Source: Candidatus Marinacidobacterales bacterium (GTDB lineage: Bacteria; Acidobacteriota; Vicinamibacteria; Marinacidobacterales; SMYC01). From it: a stretch of DNA of 64,000 bases. The first letter of the stretch is position 1, and each line of letters opens with the position of its first letter. Shown piece after piece: positions 30,815 through 42,700 of the stretch. A program made the translations under genes and the position numbers. Under the pieces are notes generated by a model, which was given only the letters and a program-made list of their open reading frames with translations, had not been told where the DNA came from and searched no databases. Where the stretch lies: assembly GCA_965237955.1 (NCBI GenBank), contig OZ250169.1, forward strand, positions 448,001-512,000, written 5' to 3'.

Positions 30815-31639
30815 TCAAAGGCTATCGAAGAAGTCCTGCCTAGGCTTGACAACTTCAACGGTCTCAGTGCTAATGCCCAATCCGAGTTCCCTCAGCAGGA
30901 TGCAAAGATCAATACCGTCGATCAGATCGATAGCCGGTGCTCCGTCCCTCACGGCTTCTCGCTTCGCATCCTGTGTGAACCTTCCTGTGGTGATGAACAG
31001 CCCCTTATCTGCGCGGCCGACCATTGCCCCCCTGAAGTCTCGGATCTCAGACGCACCAACCGAACCCGTGTACCGCTTGCACTGAAAGCGAACATGAAAC
31101 GAGATGAGGTTGACCCGCAATACGCCGGAGCCGTCGATGCCACCATCGCCAGAACGACCCGTTACTTCCACCTTCGCAAATCCTGATTCCCGGAGGACGC
31201 GCTGACAAAGACGTTCAAAGGCGGCAGGCTCTATGGAACGAATAATGCTCAAAAGAGCTTCTTGCCAACCCTGCTTATCGGACTCAGGTTTAGCGTTCCG
31301 CGATTGCCTCTTCTTCCGTTCCAGACGGATTAGCTCATGTATTTCCTGCTCCGTCTGAATCCTTCGCCCAACGTCTGTGATCGTCCAAATGCCACGTGAC
31401 GTATTGCCGATGGCGCCGACAAACTTCAGATTGGTTCGCGCCCATGCAGCACGATAATCGACTTCCGATACTGGACCGTCTTTGTGCGGGACATCCAGAA
31501 GCTCGTCCGGTAGTGCCATATCTGTAGCCACCTGCTCCGAAAGCTCCTGGATGGAGGCGGAACCACCTCGGTCTTCCAATGCTTTGAGGGTTGGCCAAAG
31601 CAAGTCATTGGAGCTGGGAATTTGGTGCTCGTCAGTCAT
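30815..31639 (-). CDS. mrr: Mrr-family (type IV) restriction endonuclease
   Basis: N-terminal wHTH (YRAAWART...RGIWTIT) and GDGGIDG...QCKRY...GLFITTGRFT. Confidence 0.92.
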   Translation of the reverse strand: MTDEHQIPSSNDLLWPTLKALEDRGGSASIQELSEQVATDMALPDELLDVPHKDGPVSEVDYRAAWARTNLKFVGAIGNTSRGIWTITDVGRRIQTEQEIHELIRLERKKRQSRNAKPESDKQGWQEALLSIIRSIEPAAFERLCQRVLRESGFAKVEVTGRSGDGGIDGSGVLRVNLISFHVRFQCKRYTGSVGASEIRDFRGAMVGRADKGLFITTGRFTQDAKREAVRDGAPAIDLIDGIDLCILLRELGLGISTETVEVVKPRQDFFDSL

Positions 31640-31759
31640 GCATTTTTCTCGTTCAAATTGTACCGCCTGTGATTTCCTGGACAGATAAAGCGTAGCATTC
31701 TAGTTCGGCGGCAGCTCTGACAGCAAGAGAGCGCAGGGGCGCTTCTGCCGTCAAGTGAT

Positions 31760-32060
31760 GGAATGGACTCCTCCGCTGACATAGACGGCATCGATGTGCC
31801 AAAGTCAGTCGAATACGCATCGAAAAGGAGGAGTCCGAATGAAAGATACGACGATCGCTGTGGATCTTGCAAAAAACGTCTTCGAGATTGCCATCTCGGG
31901 AGAAGCGGGGAAGGTGTCCAAGCAACTCCGTGTGAGTCGACCCAAGTTGGTGTCGTTTTTTGCCAAACAGAGCGCTGCCACCGTGCTTCTCGAAGCCTGC
32001 GGCTCTGCTCACTTCTGGGCAAGGACGTTCCGAAGGTTGGGACACGACGTCGTCCTGCTC
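31760..32060 (+). pseudogene. Left end and truncated transposase of an IS110/IS1111-type element
   Basis: MKDTTIAVDLAKNVFE...EACGSAHFWAR from 31839; left end AATGGACTCCTCC; cut by the rve element at 32061. Confidence 0.85.
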
Positions 32061-33492
32061 CCCGTCCTGTGCCAAAACTCGGCCCTTTTGAAATAGGCCA
32101 TAAATCAGCAACTTAGTGTCTGTGTTTGCGACCGGGCCAAGGGCCGTGGGCTTTACAATCGTCTTGGGCGGGCGGGTCGTCACCATGCAGATGACCACCT
32201 AGTCGAGAGCGAATATCGAAGCATGTTCCTGAAGCTGTTTCCACGCTACGCCGGTCGAGCCCGCCGAGGGGCTACCGTCGCCGGCGACCATCTACGCGGC
32301 ACGGCAGTAGTAGTTGAGAATGCCCCCAAGTCGCTCTCGCGACACGATGAGGCCAGTGTCATTCGCGCTTGCCGGCAGAGGTGTGAGGAGCTCGTTGCCG
32401 AGACCTTGGTGGTTCCGTTCTGTGTGATAGTGCACTACGTATTCGGTTACCGCTGTGCGCAGGTGTCGCTCACTGAGAGGTACGAAGCGGTCGAGACACT
32501 CTCGACGTATGGAGAGAACGAATCTTTCCGCGTATGCGTTCAGATTCGGACTATTGGCGGGAAGGCGGAGGGGCTTCACGCCTGAATCTCTCAACAGCCC
32601 ACGTACCGCCTCGGTGAATAGTGGGTCTCGGTCGTGGATGAGGTATCGCTTGCCAAGGAGGAAACCATCCCACATGTCAGTGAGGTTTCTTGCCACCTGC
32701 TTCATCCACTCCCCGTTTGGGTCCGACGTTATCCCACCGATGCACACGCAGCGAGTGGCGATATCGATGACAAACAGGACATGGTAGCGGACGAGCCCGA
32801 ACGGGTTCACAACCTCGACGGTGAACAGGTCTGTCGCAGCGATGGCGCCCCAATGAGCCTTGATGAAGGTGCTCCACGACATGCTCTTGACCCGCTCCGG
32901 GGCAGGCGCGATACCTTGGTTGGCGAGGACCCTCTTGATGGTGTTGCGTCCGAGTTCATGTCCGAGGTTCTTGAGTACGCCCCGCAGGCGCGTATATCCC
33001 CACGTCGGGTTCTCCCGCGCCATGCGTACCATGAGCTCACGGATGTCCTTCGCCGTGGGAGGTCTGCCTGGGCTCCGGTTCTTGCTGCCATCGTACTTGG
33101 CTGCGATGAGGCAGCGGTACCAGCGTAGAAGCGTAGCGGGCGTGGCAACCGACGCAATCTGGGCCAGCGCCTCGCGGCCCAAAGCTTGGGCCTTGACCGC
33201 GAGCCTGCGCCGGTCGTCGTCCGAGAGACTGAGACGCTTGCCCCGAAGCCCGGCTCGGAGCACACGGTTCTCCTCTTGCTGGTAGTCGATCACATCCTGC
33301 TGCTGGCGGTTGACCCAGCCAGCTAGAACGAGCAGTAGGAATTGCACGTGGTACGTCATCATGGACCTGAAGATAACACCCTCGGGCCAGACGATTGTAA
33401 AGCCTACGGCCCTTGGCCCCGGCGCAAACACAGACACTAAGCTGCTGATTTATGGCCTATTTCAAGAGGGCCGAGTTTTGGCACAGGACGGG
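32061..33492 (-). mobile_element. rve-integrase element, subfamily A, copy 2
   Basis: Same length and TIRs as 588-2019, with scattered substitutions. Confidence 0.9.
32292..33362 (-). CDS. Integrase-core (rve) transposase
   Basis: Nearly identical to 819-1889. Confidence 0.9.
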   Translation of the reverse strand: MMTYHVQFLLLVLAGWVNRQQQDVIDYQQEENRVLRAGLRGKRLSLSDDDRRRLAVKAQALGREALAQIASVATPATLLRWYRCLIAAKYDGSKNRSPGRPPTAKDIRELMVRMARENPTWGYTRLRGVLKNLGHELGRNTIKRVLANQGIAPAPERVKSMSWSTFIKAHWGAIAATDLFTVEVVNPFGLVRYHVLFVIDIATRCVCIGGITSDPNGEWMKQVARNLTDMWDGFLLGKRYLIHDRDPLFTEAVRGLLRDSGVKPLRLPANSPNLNAYAERFVLSIRRECLDRFVPLSERHLRTAVTEYVVHYHTERNHQGLGNELLTPLPASANDTGLIVSRERLGGILNYYCRAA

Positions 33493-33701
33493 ATCGCGAA
33501 ACACTGACGCCGCGTGATCGCCGGGGCGCTAGTTCCCGCGAATGCTGCGATAACTGAAAAACGCGCGGATCAAATCGGAATATATGGGTTCCTGACAGGT
33601 GCGGGCGCACGTCGGCGAGTTCTGTGCTAGCCTATGCTGGCGCGGCGCCCACGAAGCAGGCTGGCTAGTTGTTGTCGGCGTCGCCCAACAAGGAGGTTTC
33701 G

Positions 33702-34583
33702 ATGACTCGACGACGTAGTTGGAACACGGTGTGCGCAATGTTGATGCCGACGTTGCTGGTCACCGCGGCGTGTGGCGACACCGACAGTCCCACCGGACCG
33801 AGCCAGAAGAGTCTCGGGTGGTCGTTCAACGGACTCCAGAATCTGGGTCCTGGGTTCGTCTACGAGGGCTGGATCCTGGTGAACGGCAATCCCGTCTCGA
33901 CGGGCACGTTCACCGTCGGTGACGATGGCAGCTTGAGTCAACGCAACTTTTCCGTCAATGAGGCCACGCTCTCGTCTGCGACGAAGTTCGTCCTGACCAT
34001 CGAGCCGTCGCCAGATTCCGACCCCGCGCCGTCGGCGACGAAGTATCTCGCTGGTGACTTCGCTGGAAACAATGCAGCGCTTTCTGTGGCGGACGCTACA
34101 GCGCTGGGCACCACCTTCGCTTCCGCGTCCGGGAGCTTCATCTTGGAATCACCCTCCACTGGTGTAACGCGTGACTACGCGTCCGGTATCTGGTGGCTCG
34201 ACCCTGCTGCTGGTCCGGGCGCGTCGCTGGTGTTGCCGGCGTTGCCGGCGGGCTGGATCTACGAGGGCTGGGTGGTCGGCCCCGAAGGCCCGGTGTCGAC
34301 GGGCCGATTCACTCAGGTGATGGGTGCCGACTCGGACGCGGGCGGACCGACGGCCGGTCGGAGAAGCACGCCGCCATTCCCAGGGCAGGACTTCATCATG
34401 CCACCGGTTTCGCTGATCGGCTATCAGGCCGTCGTGTCGATCGAACCAGATCCGGACGACAGTCCTGGACCCTTCACGTTGAAGCCGCTGGTGGACATGA
34501 ACATTCAAGACGTTGGGCCGGGCGTCCTCCAGCGCATGGCCAACATGGCGACCGGCTTCCCAACAGGGACCGCTACCCGCTGA
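33702..34583 (+). CDS. Predicted lipoprotein with two YEGW-containing repeats (RskA-like)
   Basis: AGGAGG RBS, signal peptide ending TAAC, duplicated YEGW...PVSTG.F...(L/V)(T/S)IEP.PD. Confidence 0.75.
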   Translation: MTRRRSWNTVCAMLMPTLLVTAACGDTDSPTGPSQKSLGWSFNGLQNLGPGFVYEGWILVNGNPVSTGTFTVGDDGSLSQRNFSVNEATLSSATKFVLTIEPSPDSDPAPSATKYLAGDFAGNNAALSVADATALGTTFASASGSFILESPSTGVTRDYASGIWWLDPAAGPGASLVLPALPAGWIYEGWVVGPEGPVSTGRFTQVMGADSDAGGPTAGRRSTPPFPGQDFIMPPVSLIGYQAVVSIEPDPDDSPGPFTLKPLVDMNIQDVGPGVLQRMANMATGFPTGTATR

Positions 34584-34764
34584 TCTGCGTGTTGCGCGCC
34601 GGACGTCAATCCGAGGCTGGCTCACCCACAAGGAAGTTAGACTGAACGCAAGGAGCTTCAGGATCAAGTCGAAGGAATTCAAGAGAGGATTGGACAACTC
34701 GATGACGTCAGTCGGCTCCTCTGGCAGACGCGCGAACGACCGCGGCTCCTCGCTGTCGCGTTAG

Positions 34765-34961
34765 GCGCTCTGGAAAGTTCTCGATGCGCCGCCCGTTATC
34801 AGGGACAAGAGCTACGCCGGCCCGATAGGTCCCGTCTTCCCAGTACCGCCTGAACTCGAAGAACGGAGCCACGTCGGCCTCGACTTGATACGTGTTCTCC
34901 CGGATCGTGAATGCCTTATTCCCGCGCCTGACGGCGGCCTGACCGAAGTGCGCTACCAGCG
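34765..34961 (-). pseudogene. Internal fragment of a cGAS/DncV-like nucleotidyltransferase (CdnE-like)
   Basis: ALVAHFGQAAVRRGNKAFTIRENTYQVEADVAPFFEFRRY...IENFPE resembles the CD-NTase clade E core; abuts a terminus at 34962. Confidence 0.7.
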
Positions 34962-36070
34962 CCCGTCGTGTCCAAAAATACAAACGAACTCAAGACCTGC
35001 ATCAGCCGAAGTCAGTCAAAGAGGAATGTCTCTCGAAGCTCATCCTGTTCGGCGAGAAGTCGCTCCGTCATGCGCTTAGGGAGTACGTCGTCTACCATCA
35101 CCACGTGAGGAATCATCAAGGCAACGAGAATCTGCTGCTGTTCCCAGCCAGCGACCCGTTACATCAGTCCGAGCGCAAGGTGCGCTCCCGTCAACGGCTT
35201 GGCGGGTTGCTCCGTTTCTACCATCGGGAAGCCGCATGAGTATTTTGACCTCACGGGGACTCTTTTGACCGGAGGGGCACACAACCATTCGTGTCCTCGA
35301 ATGGAACCGCTCACGTTCTGCTCGTGACATTTCCCTGTTCGCTCATCTCAATTCCCTGTTCGCCTATTTCAAATTCCCTGTTAGGTCATCTTAAATTCCC
35401 TGTTTTTTGGGAACAGGGAATTGCCATCTAACCATTTGAAATACAGATGGTTACCACGTGAAAAAACGGCCCGATCAGCCTCAAAATGGCCCAAATTCCC
35501 TGTTATTCATGGTTTCCAGCCGAGACCGGATAGCTCCAAACTGCCTCATCCGCCACCCAGTCCGGCCAATTGTGGCACTGCAGAGACGGGTGAGATTTTC
35601 CGCGCCGTTGGCGGGGTTTTCCAGGATCAGGTGCCACCAGAGACGCGCTAGAAGGCCTGAACAGGCCTCATTTTCGGTATGGGTCTCTAATCTCGATTTT
35701 CGAGTGCCACGTTTGCGCCAAATTGGGGAGAGGGCGCTGACCGGGCCATGCGGGTGGCGGGAAAAGAGGCCGCCCGAGAGGCTCAGAATCGAGGCCGGGG
35801 CTACTGCCGCGTAGCTGGCCTAGCACGTTCTGGTCCAGGTGTGGCCCTGGCCTCCTTAATGTCCATCTTTGCCCAGGACCTGGATCCAGGTCTTCGCCCA
35901 GGGAGCGTAGCATCCCGTTGCTGGACGGTGTTTTCCCTGCGCGTGCGGAGAACCCGAATCGCCGACATCGCCTCCGACACGCTCCTGATCTGGGGTTCGC
36001 CACAGGGTGATGACGATCGAAACGGCCCGGCGCGCCAGTCTTGAGTTCGTTTGTGTTTTTGGACAGGACG
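34962..36070. mobile_element. ~1.1-kb non-autonomous unit bounded by inverted subfamily-B termini
   Basis: CCCGTCGTGTCCAAAAATACAAACGAACTCAAGAC at 34962 and its inverse at 36038-36070; same pair at 47428 and 52197. Confidence 0.65.
35297..35995 (+). repeat. Non-coding ATTCCCTGTT module, copy 2
   Basis: Colinear with 18490-19165. Confidence 0.85.
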
Positions 36071-36479
36071 CGGTCCTTGGTGGGCTCCATCACGATTACT
36101 GGTTGTCACGCGTCGCCTGACTGACCCAGCTTCTCGCGAGGAACAACGCGTTCTTTCTCAAGCACGTTATTGCGTCGGTGGCCCGGCAGCGACAGAGTGC
36201 AGAACCTCCACCGAGGCGAAGACGAGTTCGCAGGACCTCAATTCCCATGGTTGTCTGCCCGTCAATACGCGATCTTCTTTTTTGCGGATCACACGCCGCC
36301 TGATCTGATACTCTGATGATAGAGTGGGGGGTGCTGTTCTTTTTCCACGGACCTCGGGACACATCCACTATGTGAAGGAGCAAGCTGTCGGTGAGCTATA
36401 CGTTGTCAGAGCAACTCGGCCAGACTACCTGAATTTCCGAGCGTCCTGCGGCCAGAAGAACAAGAATAAGAGACGAAGC

Positions 36480-38315
36480 ATGGCTCGTATCGAAAACTAT
36501 AAGTACAGCATCGACGAAGCATTCAGGGAGTGCTTCTACATCGTACCGGACTACCAGCGCGAATACGTCTGGACCGACAAGGAAGTGCACCAGATTCTTG
36601 ACGATATCAACGAGCAACTCGATGCTGGTACTACGAGGGAGTACTTCGTCGGCACCGTCCTAGTGTCGTCAACCGACAAGAAGAACCACTACGAGGTGAT
36701 TGATGGGCAACAGCGTCTGACCACCTTTTTCTTGCTGCTTTGCGCACTGAAGCATCGGTTTCGGGGCGAGCGCCAGCGGGAGACAATCAGCGGCTTGCTC
36801 TCGACGAGTTACACAGACAACGATGGCGAGACGCGAACCAGCCTGAAATTGGAACTGCGTTACGAGAATGCAGGTGAGGTCATAACCGAGCTGGTGGCGC
36901 TCGATGACGGCCCGCTTGCCGTCCGTGCCGGCATTCAGGCTGCAGGTATCGCTAGCTTCGGCTCATTGGAAAACCTGATCAACGCCTATGGCACGCTTTA
37001 CCGCTACTTGGAGGACAACTACGACGACGTGGCCAAGCTGAAGAAGTATTGGGGCTATCTCGCGAACAACGTGGTGTTGATCCAAATTTCGACAGACGTG
37101 AGTAGCGCGCTAAAGATCTTCGAGACCATCAACGAGCGTGGTGTGGGTCTCAACCCAATGGATCTGCTGAAAAATCTCCTGTTCACGCACGTCGAACAGA
37201 CACGGTTCACCCAGCTCAAGGACGAGTGGAAAAAGATCACCAAGCCGCTGGAGAAAGAAAAGGAGAAGCCGCTACGGTTTTTGCGCTATTTCTTGATGGC
37301 AAACTACGTCATCAAGAACAGCCGTGGTGATGCCGTGGTGCGGGAGGACGAGATCTACGACTGGTTTGTGGCCAAGGACAACGCTGCGCTGTGTGACTAT
37401 GCCAATAAGCCGTTCGAGTTCGTGAGGAAAGTTATTCGCAACGCCGAGCATTATCTGGCGTTCGCCAAGGGGCTTGGCAACGACAGTACGGCCAATGTTG
37501 CGATGGAGAGCCTTAAGCGACTGACAGGTGGTGCATTCAGTTTGCACTACGTTTTGCTGTTGGCTACAGCGAATTTCCCGAAGCCATTGTTCAACTACTT
37601 TGTGACGCAGCTCGAATGTTTCCTTTTCTACTATATTTTCACCAAGACGCCGACACGAGACATCGAGCGAAGCTTTTCCCGATGGGCGGACGACTTGCGC
37701 ACGATCGGCGAGCTCACTGACCTGGGGATGCAGGAGAGGCAGCTCAACGCGTTTGTTGCGGGCCATTTCGAGGAGAACATGGCTGGTAAATCACAGGAGT
37801 TGACGGACTCGCTGAAGCGCTACACGCGGTACTCGATGCAACAATACCGGACGCGCTACTTGCTGGCACGGCTTACGCAGTACGTTGATATGGCGTTCAT
37901 AGGGATAAAAACGGCGGGGACGCTTGAACCCTATATGAGACTGGAAATAGAGCATATTCTTCCGAATAACCCCACACCGAGTCTCAGAGCCAACTGGGTA
38001 GCGGAGCATCCGAATGCTGACTACGACGGCTACAAGGACCGGTTGGGTAACCTGACCTTACTAGAAAAGCCGATCAACATTGTTGCTAGTAACGATTTCT
38101 ACGCTGATAAACAGGATGAGTACCACAAGAGCGGAAACTACTTGACACGTAGCCTGGTCAAATGTGACGACGTGGGACGGAACACATCCATCTCCAGGAT
38201 CAACGAGAAATTGAAGGCGTTTTCTGCCTGGAACGTCGGTTCGATCGAGGAACGGCACGAAATGCTGATTGCGTTGGCGCGTGACGTTTGGAAGACGACG
38301 CCGATGGATGAATGA
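36480..38315 (+). CDS. DUF262-DUF1524 (GmrSD-like) HNH nuclease
   Basis: VPDYQREYVW, IDGQQRLTT, FETINERG, EIEHILP...LGNLTLL; start MARIE at 36480. Confidence 0.9.
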   Translation: MARIENYKYSIDEAFRECFYIVPDYQREYVWTDKEVHQILDDINEQLDAGTTREYFVGTVLVSSTDKKNHYEVIDGQQRLTTFFLLLCALKHRFRGERQRETISGLLSTSYTDNDGETRTSLKLELRYENAGEVITELVALDDGPLAVRAGIQAAGIASFGSLENLINAYGTLYRYLEDNYDDVAKLKKYWGYLANNVVLIQISTDVSSALKIFETINERGVGLNPMDLLKNLLFTHVEQTRFTQLKDEWKKITKPLEKEKEKPLRFLRYFLMANYVIKNSRGDAVVREDEIYDWFVAKDNAALCDYANKPFEFVRKVIRNAEHYLAFAKGLGNDSTANVAMESLKRLTGGAFSLHYVLLLATANFPKPLFNYFVTQLECFLFYYIFTKTPTRDIERSFSRWADDLRTIGELTDLGMQERQLNAFVAGHFEENMAGKSQELTDSLKRYTRYSMQQYRTRYLLARLTQYVDMAFIGIKTAGTLEPYMRLEIEHILPNNPTPSLRANWVAEHPNADYDGYKDRLGNLTLLEKPINIVASNDFYADKQDEYHKSGNYLTRSLVKCDDVGRNTSISRINEKLKAFSAWNVGSIEERHEMLIALARDVWKTTPMDE

Positions 38316-39049
38316 TTCTGTCGTTTCAGAAGAAAAGACGGAATCGCGGTAGGGTCGAGGGCTGGCGCGGTGCTCCGTAGGCGCGGCCTATCTGTTTCTC
38401 CCCGTTTCCTATGGGAGTGCCTCACTAGCCGCACCGTAAGTCCGTTTCCAGCCTGTGCTCCACAAAAAGTCGATCCAGCGTTGATTGCGCGGTTTAGACC
38501 AAAGTCATCGTTGCCAAGGGCAAGAAAGTCCAAAGCTTTCCCGGCGGGAAGGCGTCCAAGGAAATCGTGGACGCGCTTGTAGGGCCAACGGGAAACCTGC
38601 GCGCCCCCACGGTGCGTGCCCAGGCAGTGGTGTTTGTCGAGCAACGATAAGATGGTTTTGCGCTGGTCTGCGTGATGTCGAGAGGCCGGTCTACTCCCAT
38701 GTTTCTCCGCTCATGGTCTGGTAGAGGCCGATGGCATCGACGATGAAGTCCTGCGTCAAGCCCCAGGCAGGCTTGCGCCTTCTCGCCGTCGTAATCATGG
38801 GCTCTGAAACGGCCCGCTCGGGCCAGCCACACTTTATTCGACCAACGGGTAGTTTCGCCTGAGAAGCCATCGCTTGAGGACCGTATTTTCCACAAAATCT
38901 AATCCGAGATGCTTCGATAAAGTTCAATGAGGGCCGGGACTTGCGCGGATCTGGCATCCCGAGCCCGAGTTCTCCACAGCGATTTCCACATGGGGCGTGG
39001 AAGGGTCTTATTCTGAAGGATTTATGGCTTTCCATCGGTCGGAGGTAGT

Positions 39050-39243
39050 CTCTCGACTAGGTGGTCATCTGCATGGTGACGACCCGCCCGCAGGTAGTCG
39101 ATCACATCCTGCTCCTGGCGGTTGAGTCAGCCAGCCAGAACGAGGAGTAGGAATTGCACGCCCTTGGCCCGGGCGCAAACACAGACACTAAGCTGCTGAT
39201 TTGTTGTCTATTTCAAAAGGGCCGAATTTTGGCACAGGACGGG
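39050..39243. repeat. Rearranged, deleted derivative of a subfamily-A element
   Basis: Inverted subterminal piece, gene 5' piece and TIR ending GGCACAGGACGGG. Confidence 0.8.
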
Positions 39244-39487
39244 GAGCCGATCTCAGAAATGGCCGATGCGGGTATCGTCCTGTTGCGGCCCTTTCTGCGG
39301 CGGGTCGATTTGTTCACCGGAACGAAGCGTCGAATAGAGCGGCACCGTGATCGCTTATAATGCTCTGGTTTTGTCATCTTCACCCTTGAGCAATTAGGGA
39401 TACGGGCAGAAAGCTATGATTCTTCTCCAACCCCAAACGACGAAGTAGGCGACTTCCTGAGCGGTTCATGACTGTCTCATATATGGG

Positions 39488-39709
39488 GTGGACCCGAGGT
39501 TGCGAAAGCGCGTCCTCGTTATGCGCCATCGGCCGCATAAGCCCGCGCGGCGCGAGGTATTGCCGTGGCTGGCTTCCGAAAACTCTACGCTATTCAATGC
39601 TTATCAACAAACTCAGGGAAAGCAGGCACAGCAAGCACTGGCACGGGCTAAAGATCTTACATCCTTCGTCGGCCAAGACTCTGGCGCGGCATTGTTTGTT
39701 GGCCTCTAG
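39488..39709 (+). pseudogene. N-terminal fragment resembling GIY-YIG-nuclease-associated proteins
   Basis: VLVMRHRP...LPWLASE...FNAYQQTQG...SFVG....ALFVGL then a stop; family from recall. Confidence 0.5.
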
Positions 39710-39748
39710 AGAGCAGCAAGAGCTTACGCATTCCGGGGGCGCGCCGGT

Positions 39749-42700
39749 ATGAGCCAAGTTATCATCGAGAACCCGATCATCAACTCGCCTTTCGACGAGC
39801 CGACTCGCCATTTCAAGTTTACCGACGAGGGCATCACCGACGACATCGTCGACGGCCGCCGGAGCAGTTCGTATTTCGTACCCATCGCCAGGCCAAAGAA
39901 GAAGGGGTCCAAACAGCTTCAGTTCGACACGGAATGGACGCAGGACCGCATCGAAGAAAACAAGCTCGTCAACGATATCCGTCGCCGCGTCGAATTGTGG
40001 CGCAAGGGCGGCTACGTTGGCGTGACGCCGACTACCGCACGTTTGATTGCCTACTGGACCGATCCCAACCGCGAGAAGAAACTATTCTTCTGCCAGAACG
40101 AAGCCCTTGAAACCGCCATCTACATTGCCGAGGTGGCAAAGAAATACGGCGATGCATGGATAGAGAACGCGATACGCGAGGGAAACGACACATCGAACCC
40201 CGGACTGCCGCGCACGGCGTTCAAGATGGCAACCGGCTCAGGCAAGACCGTCGTCATGGCCATGCTCATCGCCTGGCACACTCTCAACAAGCGCGCCAAC
40301 CCGCAGGATGCCCGCTTCTCCGACACCTTTCTGATCGTCACGCCTGGCATCACCATCCGTGACCGGCTGCGCGTGCTGTTGCCGAACGACCCGGACAACT
40401 ACTATCGCCAGCGCGATATCGTACCGGCCCAACTGCAGGACCAGCTCGGACAAGCCAAAATCATCATCACCAACTACCACGCCTTCCAACTGCGCGAGAG
40501 AGTCTCCGCAGGCAAGATCACGAAGTCGATTCTCACCGATGGGCAGCCAAGCCCGTTCACCGAAACTCCCGACCAGATGGTGCGACGTGTCTGTCGCGAG
40601 TTGAGAGCCAAGAAGAGCATCATCGTCCTTAACGACGAAGCCCATCACTGCTACCGCCGCAAGCCCGACAGCGAGAATGAAAAACTCACCGGCGATGATC
40701 GCGTTGAAGCCAAGCAACGCGACCAAGAGGCTCGCGTCTGGATTTCCGGCCTAGAGGCCGTGAAGGCCAAGATCGGAGTGAAGGCCATTTACGATCTTTC
40801 AGCCACGCCGTTTTTTCTTCGCGGTTCGGGCTATCCCGAAGGCACACTTTTCCCTTGGGTGGTCTCGGATTTTTCGCTGATTGACGCCATCGAGGCCGGC
40901 ATCGTCAAAGTGCCCCGCGTGCCGGTGGCTGATGACTCGATGACAGGCGCGCAGCCCACCTACCGCGACCTGTGGCTCCGCATCCGCGAGCATCTACCAA
41001 AAAAGGGTCGCAAAACCCATAAGGTGGGGGGCGAACCAAAGCTTCCTGTCGAACTGCAAGGTGCGCTGCTCAGTCTCTACGGCAACTACGAGAAGTATTA
41101 CCGCCTGTGGGAGAAGAATACCGAGGCGCGCGCACGCGGTATCACGCCGCCGGTGTTCATCGTCGTCTGCAACAACACCAACGTCTCCAAGTTGGTCTTC
41201 GACTTTATTGCCGGATGGGAAAAGCAGATCGGCGAAGAGACCATCGTCCAGGCCGGGCAACTGCCCATCTTCCGCAACGACGACGGCAAAGGCGCCTGGC
41301 TACAGCGTCCGAACAGCGTCCTGGTGGACAGCCAGCAACTCGAATCCGGCGAATCAATGAGCAACGAATTCAAGAAGATCGCCGCCCGAGAAATCGAAGA
41401 ATTCAAGGCTGCATACCGATCACGCTTCCCGGGCCGGGATGTGGAAAATCTTACCGACGAAGACTTGCTCCGTGAGGTCATGAACACCGTGGGCAAGGCC
41501 GGCAAACTTGGCGAACACGTCAAGTGCGTGGTCAGCGTCTCCATGCTTACCGAGGGTTGGGATGCCAACACGGTCACCCATGTGCTGGGCGTGCGCGCCT
41601 TCGGAACGCAATTGCTATGCGAGCAGGTGGTCGGCCGCGGCCTGCGTCGGATGAGTTATGCCGCCGATGCGAAGGGACATTTCAGCCCTGAATACGCCGA
41701 AGTTTATGGTGTGCCGTTTTCTTTCATCCCGTGCAGCGGCGCAACCACAGATCCCAAACCCGGTCCCCTGCCCACTCGCGTTCGCGCCCTTGAAAGCCGC
41801 ATCGACTATGAGATTACCTTTCCCCGATTGCTCGGCTACCGCTACGACCTGGCCGATGAACCGTTGACCGCAAAGTTCACCGATGAATCCAGACTCGCCC
41901 TTTCCACTGCCGATATCCCGACCAAGACCGAGAACGCGCCCATCGTCGGCGAATCCAGCGTCCACACCCTCGACGATCTCAAATGCCGCCGGCCCAACGA
42001 AGTCGCCTTCCTTCTCGCCAAGCTCACGCTTGAAAAATACTTCCGCGACAACGACGGCAACGACAAGCCTTGGCTCTTCCCGCAATTGCTCGGCATTGCC
42101 AAACGCTGGCTCAATGAATGCGTCGCGCTCAAGGACAACACCTTTCCGCAACTGCTGCTGCTGATCGAGTTCGCGCACGACGCAGTGGACCGTATCTACA
42201 AGGCCATCGTAGCCTCGACGGACTCTACGGCTGCGCTCAAGCCCATCCTCCACCCGTATGATACTAGCGGCTCCACTCGTTATGTAGATTTCGATACAAC
42301 GCGGCCGGTCTTCGCGACCCGCGCCGACAAGTGCCACATCTCCCACGTCGTTGCCGATACCGACTCGTGGGAGCAGAAAATGGCCGAAGCCCTGGAAAAC
42401 ATGCCCGAGATCATCCGGTACGTCAAGAATCACAACCTCGGATTCACCATCCCCTACACGTTAAACGGCGAGGAAAGGAACTACATCCCCGACTTCATCA
42501 CCTGCATCGACGACGGTCGCGGCCCGGATGACCTCTTGAACCTGATCGTCGAAGTGACCGGCGAAAGGAAAAAAGACAAGGCAGCCAAGGTCACCACGGC
42601 GCGCGCATTGTGGGTTCCGGCTATCAACAATCACAGCGGTTTCGGTCGCTGGACGTTTATCGAAGTCGCCGACCCTTGGGATGCACAGAACCTCATCCGC

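Noticed and set aside
31700-31755. Imperfect hairpin beside the IS1111-like end as an integron attC site
   Set aside because: No proper RYYYAAC...GTTRRRY pairing, no cassette array and no integron integrase.
36324-36479. Upstream extensions of ORFs (36324, 56732, 16092, 1964, 33437)
   Set aside because: Motif-bearing sequence begins at downstream ATGs; the extensions run through TIRs, overlapping genes or intergenic DNA.
38345-39045. Coding sequence downstream of the GmrSD-like gene
   Set aside because: All frames are interrupted and unrecognisable; only an ~80-bp duplicate of 47635-47718 is supportable.
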